A DNA stretch of 63,485 nucleotides, counting the filler, from Anaerolineae bacterium (lineage in GTDB: Bacteria > Chloroflexota > Anaerolineae > Epilineales > Epilineaceae): NCBI GenBank assembly GCA_029262755.1. It is 8 parts of 8 records of this genome, joined end to end, with 100 filler letters (N's around TTAATTAATTAA, not from the genome) between each part and the next. Parts side by side here need not be neighbours in the genome. Positions count along the whole stretch, not along the records: positions 43,168 to 49,166 come from JAJCYU010000029.1; positions 49,267 to 60,309 come from JAJCYU010000030.1; 6 more parts are not named here. One strand, written 5' to 3'. Both the position numbers and the translations under genes were made by a program. Shown here in pieces: positions 44,320 through 54,113 of the stretch. Numbering within the stretch: the stretch's first letter is position 1; each line of letters opens with the position of its first letter. The notes below the pieces were generated by a model. That model saw only the letters and a program-made list of their open reading frames with translations. It did not search any database and was not told where the DNA came from.

Positions 44320-44610
44320 TTACACTTGTTGCTTTCTCCTCGCATCTAGAACTTTGCTGAAATCAATCTCTACGTATTCAGAATTCCACTCATTATAAAA
44401 AGAGGTATTATCGCTGCTTGATTTAGGTCCAGGTGGATCAATTTTTATTCTCGTAGGCATCATTACCGAATCACTAAGTAAGATACATTCTCCTCTTCTA
44501 AGAGTCGAAAACATACTTACTATTCCTCTAATTGAGTCAGGCAGCAAATTTTTAACATATGCTTGGTCATCAGGGTTAGTAATTATTAAGTATAAAAAAG
44601 TATTACATTT
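44320..44610 (-). pseudogene. C-terminal remnant of a HerA/DUF87-like ATPase
   Basis: CNTFLYLIITNPDDQAYVKNLLPD...TLRRGECIL..D..MP. No P-loop; begins at the stop of the upstream gene. Confidence 0.7.
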
Positions 44611-45301
44611 TCCTAAGCACATCCAATAAAACCCAGTCACCAGGAGCACGCTCATATTGCCATGCACTCCATCCATTGGCAGAACGTTTCACAACAGCTT
44701 TCGCTGCGAGTGAAGGAGAGTTATAAAGTTCTTTATTATAGAAAATAGTCCCGTCCTTTCTGACAGTCGCTTTATACATTTTCCCTTTATATTTAAAACG
44801 TATCCTGAAGCTTTTGCTTACATAAGCTGCCAAGATTGGTTTTCGACCTTTAACCTTCTTGATTTCTTTCTTCTCCGTTTTTTTCTCTTTTGTCATCCCA
44901 AGTAGCAATGCCAACTCTTTTTGCTGAGCTTTGGATATCTTTTTCTTAAAAAGTGGCTTGAGGTCTTGAGATTTAATAAACTTGCCTGATTGTCTATTAC
45001 CCTTGGGAGAAGCTATCTTAAGAATGAGGGTTTCAAGCTCTCTTAAATGTGAGTCTTTGATAGTTAAATATACACTGAATGAATCCCAGGTTTTTGCATG
45101 TCTGTCTCTTAAATGTGTGGTAAGTCTATTACGGAGGTTTGATGCCAGACCTACATAACAAAGGTTATTTTTTCTATATAAGGCATAAACTCCATGACGG
45201 CCTTTAACGTATTCTTTTATTATATTTTGATAATTCTCTAACGCCTTGCGGGATATATTTTCAAGATGCTGGCAGACTAATTGTCCTTTGCGAGATTTCA
45301 C
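44603..45301 (-). CDS. GIY-YIG nuclease fused to a RAMA/DUF4357-like domain
   Basis: GVYALY...YVGLASNLRNRL; C-terminal YKATV..DG.I.Y...YNSPSLAA..V..SANGWSAW. GTG start after AAGGAG. Confidence 0.8.
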   Translation of the reverse strand: MKSRKGQLVCQHLENISRKALENYQNIIKEYVKGRHGVYALYRKNNLCYVGLASNLRNRLTTHLRDRHAKTWDSFSVYLTIKDSHLRELETLILKIASPKGNRQSGKFIKSQDLKPLFKKKISKAQQKELALLLGMTKEKKTEKKEIKKVKGRKPILAAYVSKSFRIRFKYKGKMYKATVRKDGTIFYNKELYNSPSLAAKAVVKRSANGWSAWQYERAPGDWVLLDVLRKM

Positions 45302-45410
45302 TGTTCAAGCTCCTTTGTTTTTTTAAACCTAATGGGTTGAGTCGACTGTTATTTTGTAAGATGTGGTTATCATTTTTTACAATCAGAATAAGCTTCTGCT
45401 AATGTAAGCA

Positions 45411-48400
45411 TCAAAACCTTTCCTGAATATACTCATGCTGTTTTTTCCCTTCCAGCATATCTGTAGCTGGTCCACTTCGAACATAAAACTCGGTATCTTC
45501 TAGAAAGCATGGCGCATTTGCCATACCACAATTAACTCGTAACACCTTTTTCCCATCCACTTCTATCAATTTATAATCTATCAATGGATAGAAACCCTCA
45601 CCTACTTTTGACTTAATATGATTCTTGAAATTAAGCAAATACTTATCGTCGTTCTTGTAGAACTTGCTTATTTCGTCATCAACTCCTATGACGTCACCAT
45701 CATCATTGACACCAATTAACAAGTCACCACCTTCTGAGTTAAGAAAAGCTCCTATAGTTTTCAGCGATGATTTTTCAATATATTTTTCTTTGGTACCCTT
45801 TTTGATATCAACCGAAAAAGTTTCCTTAAACTCCAGGGTTTTAGACTCACCTTTAGGTATTAATAATTTGATTTGATCTTCTTCACTCAAATTTTCTTTT
45901 GCTAATACTTTATATAGTTTCTGTCCTAGGTTATCTTGTGCTAAGTCTCTAAACTCTGGATCGCTCATCAAGCGCCCAAATATATCTTCATTCCCCTCCA
46001 TTCGATCAATAACCAAACCCTCAAACAGCTTTTTAAATATTTCAAGAAAATCCCGCATTGAATTGACTTTCGCAGCCTGACGCAAATTATCATCATCTTT
46101 GGCTTCTGCTTCAATCTGGTCAAAGAACAATTGATCCGCCTCAGTGAAGTCAGTACCAAAGCGTTCATTTAAAATATTAATCAACTCAGAAAGACGTATT
46201 TCATCTTCACCTGTCTGACCTGTACCAACATCACTCGGGCCTTTAAGTGGTTGCGCTTCGCCTCCGTATAAATTAATGCTTCCCTCACTAATTTTTTGTA
46301 ATCGGTAATATTCAAGTTCGACTTCATTTTCCAAATGATACGCAGGGCCAGAAGGACGTCTCGGCAACTTAGTCAATAAAAAGCGTAGATAGGTGTACAA
46401 TTTCTCTAAATCTGAATCCTGATATGGAATTACTTGAGACAAGAAAGCATACATGTTTCGGAAATTAACAAACAATCCTTTTATTTCCTCCTGATCGGTT
46501 TCATCGAGTTCTTTATATCGTTCGACTGTCAAATCGAGAATGCCATTCATTCTGGCATGGTCATGTACGGATTCTTTACGCTTCGGAGCAAAATAGACGG
46601 CGCAGAAATCCCTTATTTCACTATCACGAAGTACTTGTCTTTCCTCTATCTGTCCTTGTAAGCGGTACATATGATGAGGATCGGTGAGTTCTTCTGCCTC
46701 TGTCTCTTCGTAATAAGGTTTGAATGCCACAAAAATCTCTTCCCGCGAATTCCTAAAATCCAAAACAAAAGTATCTTCCTTACCTATTGCCATACGGTTT
46801 AATCGCGAAAGTGTTTGAACAGCCTGGATACCCGACAGTATTTTGTCCACATACATGGTGTGCAAAAAGGGTTGATCGTAACCGGTTTGATATTTTTCTG
46901 CCACCAACAATACTCGATATTCTTCTGTATCAAATTTTTCCGGCAGCTCACGCTCACTAATGCCACCATTCATTCCAACTTCTGTATATTTCTTGCCCGG
47001 CACCTTTGGGTCTTCTACAGTACCTGAAAAAGCAACTAGTGTTTTTATATCTGTATATCCTTTATCTTTGAGATAGTCATCAAAAGCTAGTTTATAACGT
47101 ACAGCGTGTAGACGTGACTCAGTCACCACCATCGCTTTTGCACGGCCACCTATTTTATGCCGTACAGAAGCTCGAAAATGCTCAACCATGATCTGTGTTT
47201 TTTGACCGATATTAACCGGATGTAAAGTTAGAAATTGCATCAATTCTCTTGCGGCTTTCTTCCGCTCTACGTTTTTATCATCCGTTACAATATCTGCTAT
47301 ACCGAAATACGTCTCATAAGTCGTATAATTTTTTAATACATCTAGAATAAACCGCTCTTCAATCGCTTGGCGCATGGTATATTTATGAAATGGTGCTTCG
47401 CCGCTAGGGCCGGGTTCATCAAAAACTTTCTTCGTTTTGTACTTTGGTGTTGCCGTGAAGGCAAAAAAGCTGATGTTTGGCTGGCGCCCTCGTTTCATCA
47501 TACTTCTAATGATTGCATCATCTTCGTCTTCGTCATTTTCTGTTATACATAGTGCCGCCTCTTCTTCAATTCCCTCTTTATTCAGCACATACTTCAGCTC
47601 CATCGCCGTTTCGCCGGATTGCGAGCTATGTGCCTCATCGACAATGACCGCAAAACGCTTACCTTTCGTGGATATGGCAACACTACCCTCGCCTTGTTCC
47701 TTGTTTACCTTTTCAATAGTCTCGGTAACAAAAGGAAATTTTTGCACAGTAGAGATAATGATTGGTGTGCCAGTCTTCAAGGCAGTCACCAACTGGCGCG
47801 TATCCTCATCGATTTTCTGTACTACGCCTTGTTTGTGCTCAAATTGATAAATCGTGTCCTGCAATTGCTGATCAAGCACTCGCCTGTCGGTAATCACCAC
47901 CACGGTATCAAATATTTTATTATCATCCGCATCATGCAAGCTTGATAAACGATGGGCCAACCAGGCGATAGAATTGGATTTACCTGATCCGGCAGAATGC
48001 TCAACTAGATAGTTTCGCCCAGAACCATTCTCCTTACTATGGCTAACTATTTTTCTAACGGAATCTAGCTGATGATAACGGGGAAAGATCATCGTTTCTT
48101 TACGGATTTTTTTAATTCCCTTATCCGTCACCACCTTTTTATCTTCCACTTGCAAATGCATAAAGCGGCCTAATATATCAAGCAAGCTATCGCTTTGTAG
48201 TACCTCACGCCATAGATAGGCCGTTCGATAGCCGCCATCTGCTGCGGGTGGATTACCCGCACCACCATTGCAACCCAAATTAAAAGGCAAAAAGAATGTC
48301 TTGGAGCCGCTTAAGCGAGTTGTCATAAATACCAAATCTTGATCCACAGCAAAATGCACCAAGGCGCGTTTCTTAAACTGAAACAGCTTTTCTTTAGGGT

Positions 48401-48920
48401 CGCGGTCGGTTTTGTACTGGTGTTTGGCATCCTCGACCGTCTGCCTCGATAAAGGATTTTTTAACTCCATCGTAATTACAGGCAGGCCATTGAGGAATAA
48501 CACCATGTCCAGTGACTTTTCATTATCGCTAGAAAAATATAGTTGGCGAGTTACGCTTAAGGTATTGTCTTTATACTGGGCCAAAGTATTCGGGTTTAAC
48601 TTAGTGCTCGGCAAAAAGAAGGCTATCCTCAGCTTCTTGCCGTAGCATTTAAAGCCATGACGCAATACATTAAGCATACCCTGAATTTCCAGGGTTTTGC
48701 ATAAATCATCCAGCACAACCTTTTCAGTGTCACTACCGTGTATACCTTTTAGCGCCTGCCATAGCTTATCTTGAGTTTTCTGAATAAAGGAGAGTACACG
48801 AACCGGTTCCAATGCGCGTTCGGTGTCAAAATCGTCAGACTCGCCTTTTTCATAACAGTCTTTCTCTACAAACTGATAATCAATAGCATCTTCCAGACGA
48901 TCTTCGGTATGTTTTTTCAT
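45411..48920 (-). CDS. hsdR: type I restriction endonuclease R subunit with C-terminal Schlafen/AlbA_2 domain
   Basis: DMVLFLNGLP..MELKN, HSAGSGKS, DEAH, FTATP, QTLSRLNR; then GESKTLEFKE...KTIGAFLNSEGGDLLIGVNDD. Confidence 0.93.
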   Translation of the reverse strand: MKKHTEDRLEDAIDYQFVEKDCYEKGESDDFDTERALEPVRVLSFIQKTQDKLWQALKGIHGSDTEKVVLDDLCKTLEIQGMLNVLRHGFKCYGKKLRIAFFLPSTKLNPNTLAQYKDNTLSVTRQLYFSSDNEKSLDMVLFLNGLPVITMELKNPLSRQTVEDAKHQYKTDRDPKEKLFQFKKRALVHFAVDQDLVFMTTRLSGSKTFFLPFNLGCNGGAGNPPAADGGYRTAYLWREVLQSDSLLDILGRFMHLQVEDKKVVTDKGIKKIRKETMIFPRYHQLDSVRKIVSHSKENGSGRNYLVEHSAGSGKSNSIAWLAHRLSSLHDADDNKIFDTVVVITDRRVLDQQLQDTIYQFEHKQGVVQKIDEDTRQLVTALKTGTPIIISTVQKFPFVTETIEKVNKEQGEGSVAISTKGKRFAVIVDEAHSSQSGETAMELKYVLNKEGIEEEAALCITENDEDEDDAIIRSMMKRGRQPNISFFAFTATPKYKTKKVFDEPGPSGEAPFHKYTMRQAIEERFILDVLKNYTTYETYFGIADIVTDDKNVERKKAARELMQFLTLHPVNIGQKTQIMVEHFRASVRHKIGGRAKAMVVTESRLHAVRYKLAFDDYLKDKGYTDIKTLVAFSGTVEDPKVPGKKYTEVGMNGGISERELPEKFDTEEYRVLLVAEKYQTGYDQPFLHTMYVDKILSGIQAVQTLSRLNRMAIGKEDTFVLDFRNSREEIFVAFKPYYEETEAEELTDPHHMYRLQGQIEERQVLRDSEIRDFCAVYFAPKRKESVHDHARMNGILDLTVERYKELDETDQEEIKGLFVNFRNMYAFLSQVIPYQDSDLEKLYTYLRFLLTKLPRRPSGPAYHLENEVELEYYRLQKISEGSINLYGGEAQPLKGPSDVGTGQTGEDEIRLSELINILNERFGTDFTEADQLFFDQIEAEAKDDDNLRQAAKVNSMRDFLEIFKKLFEGLVIDRMEGNEDIFGRLMSDPEFRDLAQDNLGQKLYKVLAKENLSEEDQIKLLIPKGESKTLEFKETFSVDIKKGTKEKYIEKSSLKTIGAFLNSEGGDLLIGVNDDGDVIGVDDEISKFYKNDDKYLLNFKNHIKSKVGEGFYPLIDYKLIEVDGKKVLRVNCGMANAPCFLEDTEFYVRSGPATDMLEGKKQHEYIQERF

Positions 48921-48929
48921 ATTTTAACC

Positions 48930-49166
48930 CTAACCTATAGACTCTATGGCAGCATTTTCTAACTCGTTCAAACTTAACCCATCTATATCTTTATAGTGAT
49001 AATGACGAATTGATGGCTCCTTAACTAAATACTTGTTATCAGCATCTAAGTAACTAGAAGGGTCTTCGCAATAACTTAAAGCATATTTTGTAAGGTTCAG
49101 TCGCTTGCGCTTGCCAGTATAGATATTTATTGTCGCACTAAGCGCCCTGCACCAATCCTCGCTAGA
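48930..49166 (-). CDS. hypothetical protein, C-terminal part (5' truncated)
   Basis: Open frame SSEDWCRALS...NAAIESIG* ending 9 nt before the hsdR start. Confidence 0.6.
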   Translation of the reverse strand, partial: SSEDWCRALSATINIYTGKRKRLNLTKYALSYCEDPSSYLDADNKYLVKEPSIRHYHYKDIDGLSLNELENAAIESIG

Positions 49167-49266
49167 NNNNNNNNNNNNNNNNNNNNNNNNNNNNNNNNNN
49201 NNNNNNNNNNTTAATTAATTAANNNNNNNNNNNNNNNNNNNNNNNNNNNNNNNNNNNNNNNNNNNN
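49167..49266. other. artificial contig linker
   Basis: N-run, TTAATTAATTAA, N-run. Confidence 0.98.
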
Positions 49267-52200
49267 CTTCGTCCTCGCGCAGCCGCGTCCGCCACACTCG
49301 ATTGTTGGACATCGCCGCCACGTTCGGCATCTCGCCGCATAGCCAGCGCCTCGCCTCGCGCGTGGGCCACCATCGCTCGTCCTCGTAGCCGTCCGCGGCC
49401 ATGAAGCAGGCCCATTCCGCGTTCGTCACGGGAAACCTCCCGATCTCGAAGCGCTCCAGCGCCACCCTGTGACGCGGGATGTGTGCCGACGAGACGCCGG
49501 AGCCGCCCGTTGGATGCCCCCAGGCGATCGGATCGTCATCCCCAATCTCGTAGGTCCCGGCTCCCACCGACACCAGCGGCGGCATGTGGTACGTGCCGTG
49601 CGGACCGAGCCTGCGCTCGAAGCGAGGATCGCCCAATGCACCCACCGCGTGGCCGCAGGCGATCCGCGCCCGCAGGTCGGCGCGCGCGTCCTCGGCGCAG
49701 GCGGCCAGCGTGCCGCGCAGCTCGTCGAGCAGCTCGTCCGCAAGTCGCGGCCGCACGTCCGGCTGTGCCGCCACGCGGCCCGCCAACGGAAGGTTCGCCT
49801 CCATGATCCCCCGCACGAAGGCGTCGGGATCCGGCGCCATGGCCGCCGCGAGCAGGGTGGTCTCCTCCCAACCCGTGCCGCTTCGCGGCGGCAGCGGGTC
49901 GGCCGCGCCTAGCGTGTCGATCAACGCCTCGACGCTCGGGTGGATCTCCGCGGCACGCCACGCGGCGCGTACCCGCTCCGGATCCGGCGATCGCGCCAGC
50001 TGCCGCGCCGCGAAGTACTCCTGCACGAGCTGGTGGACATACATCAGCTCGCCGGCCGCCTCGTCCTCGTCCAGCACCGCAAGGGCCGCGCCCGCAGCGA
50101 GGATGGCCTCGTCGGTCTTGCTGTCGAGCATGTCCAGCGCGTCGTCGACGTCGACGCGCACCTGGCTGGCCTCGCCGTCGGCCCGACTGGATTGCATCGC
50201 ATGCGCCAGTGCCGCCAGCTGAGGCACGAGCACCCCGCGTTCGGGCAGGTCGTACGCGCCCTTCCACCGCCACTTGGCCACTTGCTTGAGGTCGCGACCC
50301 GCCAGCAGCAGCCCAGGCTCGAAGAGCGCGTTGCCGCGCTCGATCTCTCGCCGCAGCGCCTGCCTCACGAAGCCCGTGAAGAGACCGACCCGCCCGGTGG
50401 GCATCTCGCCCGTCGCCTCCACCTGCTCGACGAGCAGGACCAGGAAGTAGGGGGAGCGCAGGACCTCCAGCTGGGGGCTGCCCTTCAGGGCGGACCAGAT
50501 CCGGCGATGGTGTCCGGGACTGTAGAGCGCAAGGAAGTCCGCCACCTGGGCATCGGTCAGCGGCTCAATGCGCACTTGCGGCACGCGCAGATCCGGCGTC
50601 GAGAGCGATTGACTGTAGTCCAGCGAACGGCAGGAGAACACGACGCGATTCCCGGCATGCTCGCCGGCAAGGCCGATCAGCCAATCCTTCCAGAGGCGCA
50701 CGCGGCCATGGAAGTCGGCCTCGGAGGCGGCGGGCATCTCGTTGAGCGCATCGAGCAACAGGGTCACGCGGCCCTCGGCGAGGAGCGCTTCGAGCGAAGG
50801 AAGGTCGGGGCAGCGGGCGGACCAGCGCTCGGCGAGCCAGTCGGCCGGCGCCGGGAGCGCCTCGCCGGGGCGTGCCGGCTTGTAGGTATTGAGCGACACG
50901 AGGAGGGTGATCCGGTCGTCTCCCTCGCCGCGCAGCGCGCCGATCGCCGTGTCGAGCTCGAGGCGGCGCAGCAGCGTCGACTTGCCTCCGCCGGGCGGGC
51001 CGAGTACGACGACGGCCGGATGCTCCGTCCTCGACAGCAGCTCCGCCAGATCCGTGTGCCGTTCCTCCGTGGCCGCCCACCGGTCGGTGGCGGTCTCCTC
51101 TCCCTGATCGATCAACAGCGTCAAGCCCACAAAGCGCCCGTCGAGGCGGTAGCGCGCCTGGCTCCACTCGGCGATGCGGCCCAAGCGATAGGTCCGCCAA
51201 TCCGCCGGCTTGTGGCGGGCCAAGGCCGTCGCTTCTGCCGAGGTCAACGTCGCCGTGAGCCCCCCATCCCCCGTGACCGCCGCTTCCAGTCGCGCCCGGG
51301 CGCTGTCGGTGTCGGACGGCCCCTCCCCGGCCTGGCGATCCACCACGCGCACGAAGTCCCGCGGGTGCAGCGCCTCCGCGGTCCGTGGCGGCGTGTCGAC
51401 CTCGGGCATACCGGGAGTCAGGATCTGAACGATGTGCTCCGAGTGCCGCAGGTCTTTGAGGCGGTGCTCACCCCAGTCGCGCAGGCGGGCGTCCTCCGCA
51501 AGATGCTCGCGCACGAGCGTCGCCGTGACCCCGGAGAGCAGCACTTGCCCCCCGTAGCCGGCCGCCTCCAACCGCGCCACCCGGTTGACCGGCTGCCCGA
51601 AGTAGTCGCCGCCTCGCTCGGTGGCCTCCCCGGTGTGCAGACCCATCCGCACGCGCAGGGGTCCGAATCCCTCGCCGAAGACCGACCAGTCCTCCGCCGT
51701 CACGCTGCGCTGCGCCTCGATAGCCGCGGCCAGGCCGGCACCCGCGGTCGCGAAGGCGGCGCAGAATGCGTCGCCGATGGTCTTGAAAACGTGCCCGCCG
51801 GCCGCCGTGACCGCCCGGCGCAGCAACGCGTCGTGGCGCTCCAGCGCGGCGCGCATGGCATCGGGCTGCTCGTCCCAACGCTGGGTCGAGCCCTCGATGT
51901 CGGTGAAGAGAAAGGTGACGGTTCCGCTAGGCGGTCCGATCGCCTCCGCTGCGTGGGCGGCGCGGGCACGGGCTTCGTCGCCGGGCGCTGCCGCTGCGGC
52001 GTCCTCGCCGTCGCTCTGCGATGGGCCCTGCACCGTGACCGACTCAGCCGCCGCCACCAGCGCCCGCCCCACGCTCTCCGCGAGCTGTGCCAACGCCGCC
52101 TCGAAGGGCTGCCCGTGAAAGTCCGTGTACTGGATCCGCCCAAGCTGGAAGTGCACCTTCGTGGGCTCCAGCAGCACCGGCAGGACGGGCGTCCCGCGAT

Positions 52201-52438
52201 CGAGCGCGTACTGCCACTCGTCCTCCACGTTGGACGAGGCCATCGCCGCGGGGGAGAGCACGAGGACGAGCACGTCGGCGGCGTCCAGCGCCGTCTGGAT
52301 CGCCGTGCTCCACTTCGCGCCGCCGTGGATGCCGGCGCGGTCGATCCACGGCTCGATGCCCAGCGGCGGCAGGGCGGCCGCTAGGCGGTCGGCGAAGGCC
52401 TGGTCGGGGCGGGCGTAGCTGAGGAAGGCTTGGGTCAT
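49267..52438 (-). CDS. TIR - class III nucleotide cyclase - NACHT NTPase - FGE/SUMF1 multidomain protein (3' truncated)
   Basis: AFLSYAR...WID...VEDEW (TIR); FLFTDIEGST, KTIGDAF, RMGLHTG, VNRVAR (cyclase); GPPGGGKST, LLLDALNE, HQLVQEYFAA (NACHT); IGRFPVTNAEW (FGE). Confidence 0.9.
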
Positions 52439-52878
52439 GGATAGGCAGGATGCCATGACGATGTCGGCCATGCTATCGAGGGGCCGGGCACCGGGAAGCG
52501 GTTCCGGCCGGCTATGCGGCCGGATGAAACGGCCGCGCACACGATGAGCGCATCCCTTAGGGACACGCTGTGCGGAACCTTCGCCGTCGCGGAACACGTC
52601 ACGGACGGCGGCGCCGTCAACCTGGGCACCGGCCCTTACAACTGCAACTGCGACAACGCGCTCGCCAAGGAGCTGCTGATCACGGAGTCGCACGTGCACC
52701 TAGAGGAGGGGCGTGCGTCGCGCCATCGACTGGTACTATGCATTCCGCGACGGCGCGGACATCCGTCCGGAGCTGCAGCACCTGCTGTTGGAGCGCTAGG
52801 GGGCGCCGGAACCCACGACGAAGCAGCGCCGTCGCTACAGTGGAAACGCGCCCAACCCACCCCATTAGGAGACCCCAC

Positions 52879-53250
52879 ATGCCAGGCGGACATGCGTACA
52901 CGGGCCCCGCGGAGGCCCTGGCCAACTACAGTGCGGCCATCGAGGCCTCCGGGAGCGACGCGGAGCTCAAGGGGGCCAAGAACCCCTACACCTCGCGCAA
53001 CGGCAACATGTTCAGCTTCCTCTCGCCGGATGGCTCGTTGGCCCTGCGCATGTCCAAGGAACTGGGCGAGCAGTTCCAGTCCGAATATGAGAGCGGGCCG
53101 GTAATGGCCTACGGCAGCGTCATGCGCGGCTACGTCTCCGTGCCGGCCGACTTGCTCGCCGATCCGGCGGCGCTCGCCCCCTGGTTCCATAGGGCATGGG
53201 AATGGATCGGCACGCAGCCGGCGAAGGCGACGAAGAGAAAGAACAAGTAG
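52879..53250 (+). CDS. TfoX/Sxy N-terminal-like small protein
   Basis: NGNMFSF..LALR...MRGYVSVP.DLL.D...L..W. AGGAG RBS. Confidence 0.75.
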   Translation: MPGGHAYTGPAEALANYSAAIEASGSDAELKGAKNPYTSRNGNMFSFLSPDGSLALRMSKELGEQFQSEYESGPVMAYGSVMRGYVSVPADLLADPAALAPWFHRAWEWIGTQPAKATKRKNK

Positions 53251-53289
53251 TAGAGATCGCGAAGGAGAAGGCCCTAGTGTTTGAAGAAG

Positions 53290-53322
53290 ACACGGCCGCG
53301 ACCACTCTGGTCGCGGCCGTGT
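53290..53322. terminator. GC hairpin between convergent genes
   Basis: ACACGGCCGCGACCA-ctc-TGGTCGCGGCCGTGT. Confidence 0.6.
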
Positions 53323-53371
53323 GGCTTGTTTGCGCTCCGCCGACGCCCTATTCGAAGCCCGCGACGAACGC

Positions 53372-53992
53372 TCAGGTGATCACGGAGGTCGGCGCCTCCG
53401 GCAAAACCTCGGCGGCGAGGGGCTCGTCACCCGGCCCCGGGGCTCGGCCATCGGGTCCGCCCGTCGACGAGATGGCGTCCACGATCTGCTCCGGCTCGAC
53501 ATGATCCCCGGAGTACGCGCTGACGTGCAGGAAGCGCGTCTCGCCGTCGGCGTCGATCACGAGCACGCCGCCGTTCTGGTGCGCATCGCCCCGCGTCGCG
53601 GACTGACGGTATCCCTGGAGCATGGCACGCGCGGACTGGACGAAGGTCGACGCCGCGATCCGCCGCGTCATGCCCAGGGCCGCGTAGGCCCGGCGTTCCG
53701 GATCGACGTACAGCGCGAAGGGCACATCCACTTGCTCTTGGAAGGCCTGCGCGTGGGCCGCCGTCCCGTTCCCGATGACGATGACCTGTGCCCCCCTGCG
53801 CTCAAGCTCGGGCGCGATGTCGCGCAACTGCGCGACTTGCTGTCGGCAAAACATTCAGCCGAAGTGGCGCACGAAAACGATCACGCTCAGGCGGTCGGCG
53901 ATCAGGTCGCCGAGGGCGACGTGCCGACCGTCCGGGGACTGGACCTCGATGGGGGCCAGGCGGTCCATGATACGAGGGCTTGGGTGGGGCAT
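53372..53992 (-). CDS. peroxiredoxin-like (AhpC/TSA-2, PRXL2/SelU-type) selenoprotein with UxxC
   Basis: Frame reads VIVFVRHFG-TGA-MFCRQQ through 53855-53857; later LYVDPERRAY.ALG and QNGG. GGAG RBS before ATG 53992. Confidence 0.85.
53819..53836 (-). promoter_or_regulatory. candidate bacterial SECIS hairpin
   Basis: GUCGCGC-AGUU-GCGCGAC starting 18 nt 3' of the UGA, with a G in the loop. Confidence 0.55.
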
Positions 53993-54113
53993 GGTGGACT
54001 CCCGAGTCGGCGCCGGATACGCACCATGGGAGCGCGGAGAGGGGCGCGTTCTTACGTGGGCGGCTTCGAGGAGGGGAGGCTGGAGAACCAGACCGGCGTG
54101 GTCGAGCCCGGCC

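Noticed and set aside
43168..52438. Apparent single defence island of hsdR-Schlafen plus TIR-NACHT
   Set aside because: The two are separated by an artificial linker and differ strongly in base composition.
52514..52740. Coding-like stretch GGAVNLGTGPYNCNCDNALAKELLITESH
   Set aside because: Possibly a gene remnant, but there is no RBS or recognisable family, and the ORF overlaps the TfoX-like gene.
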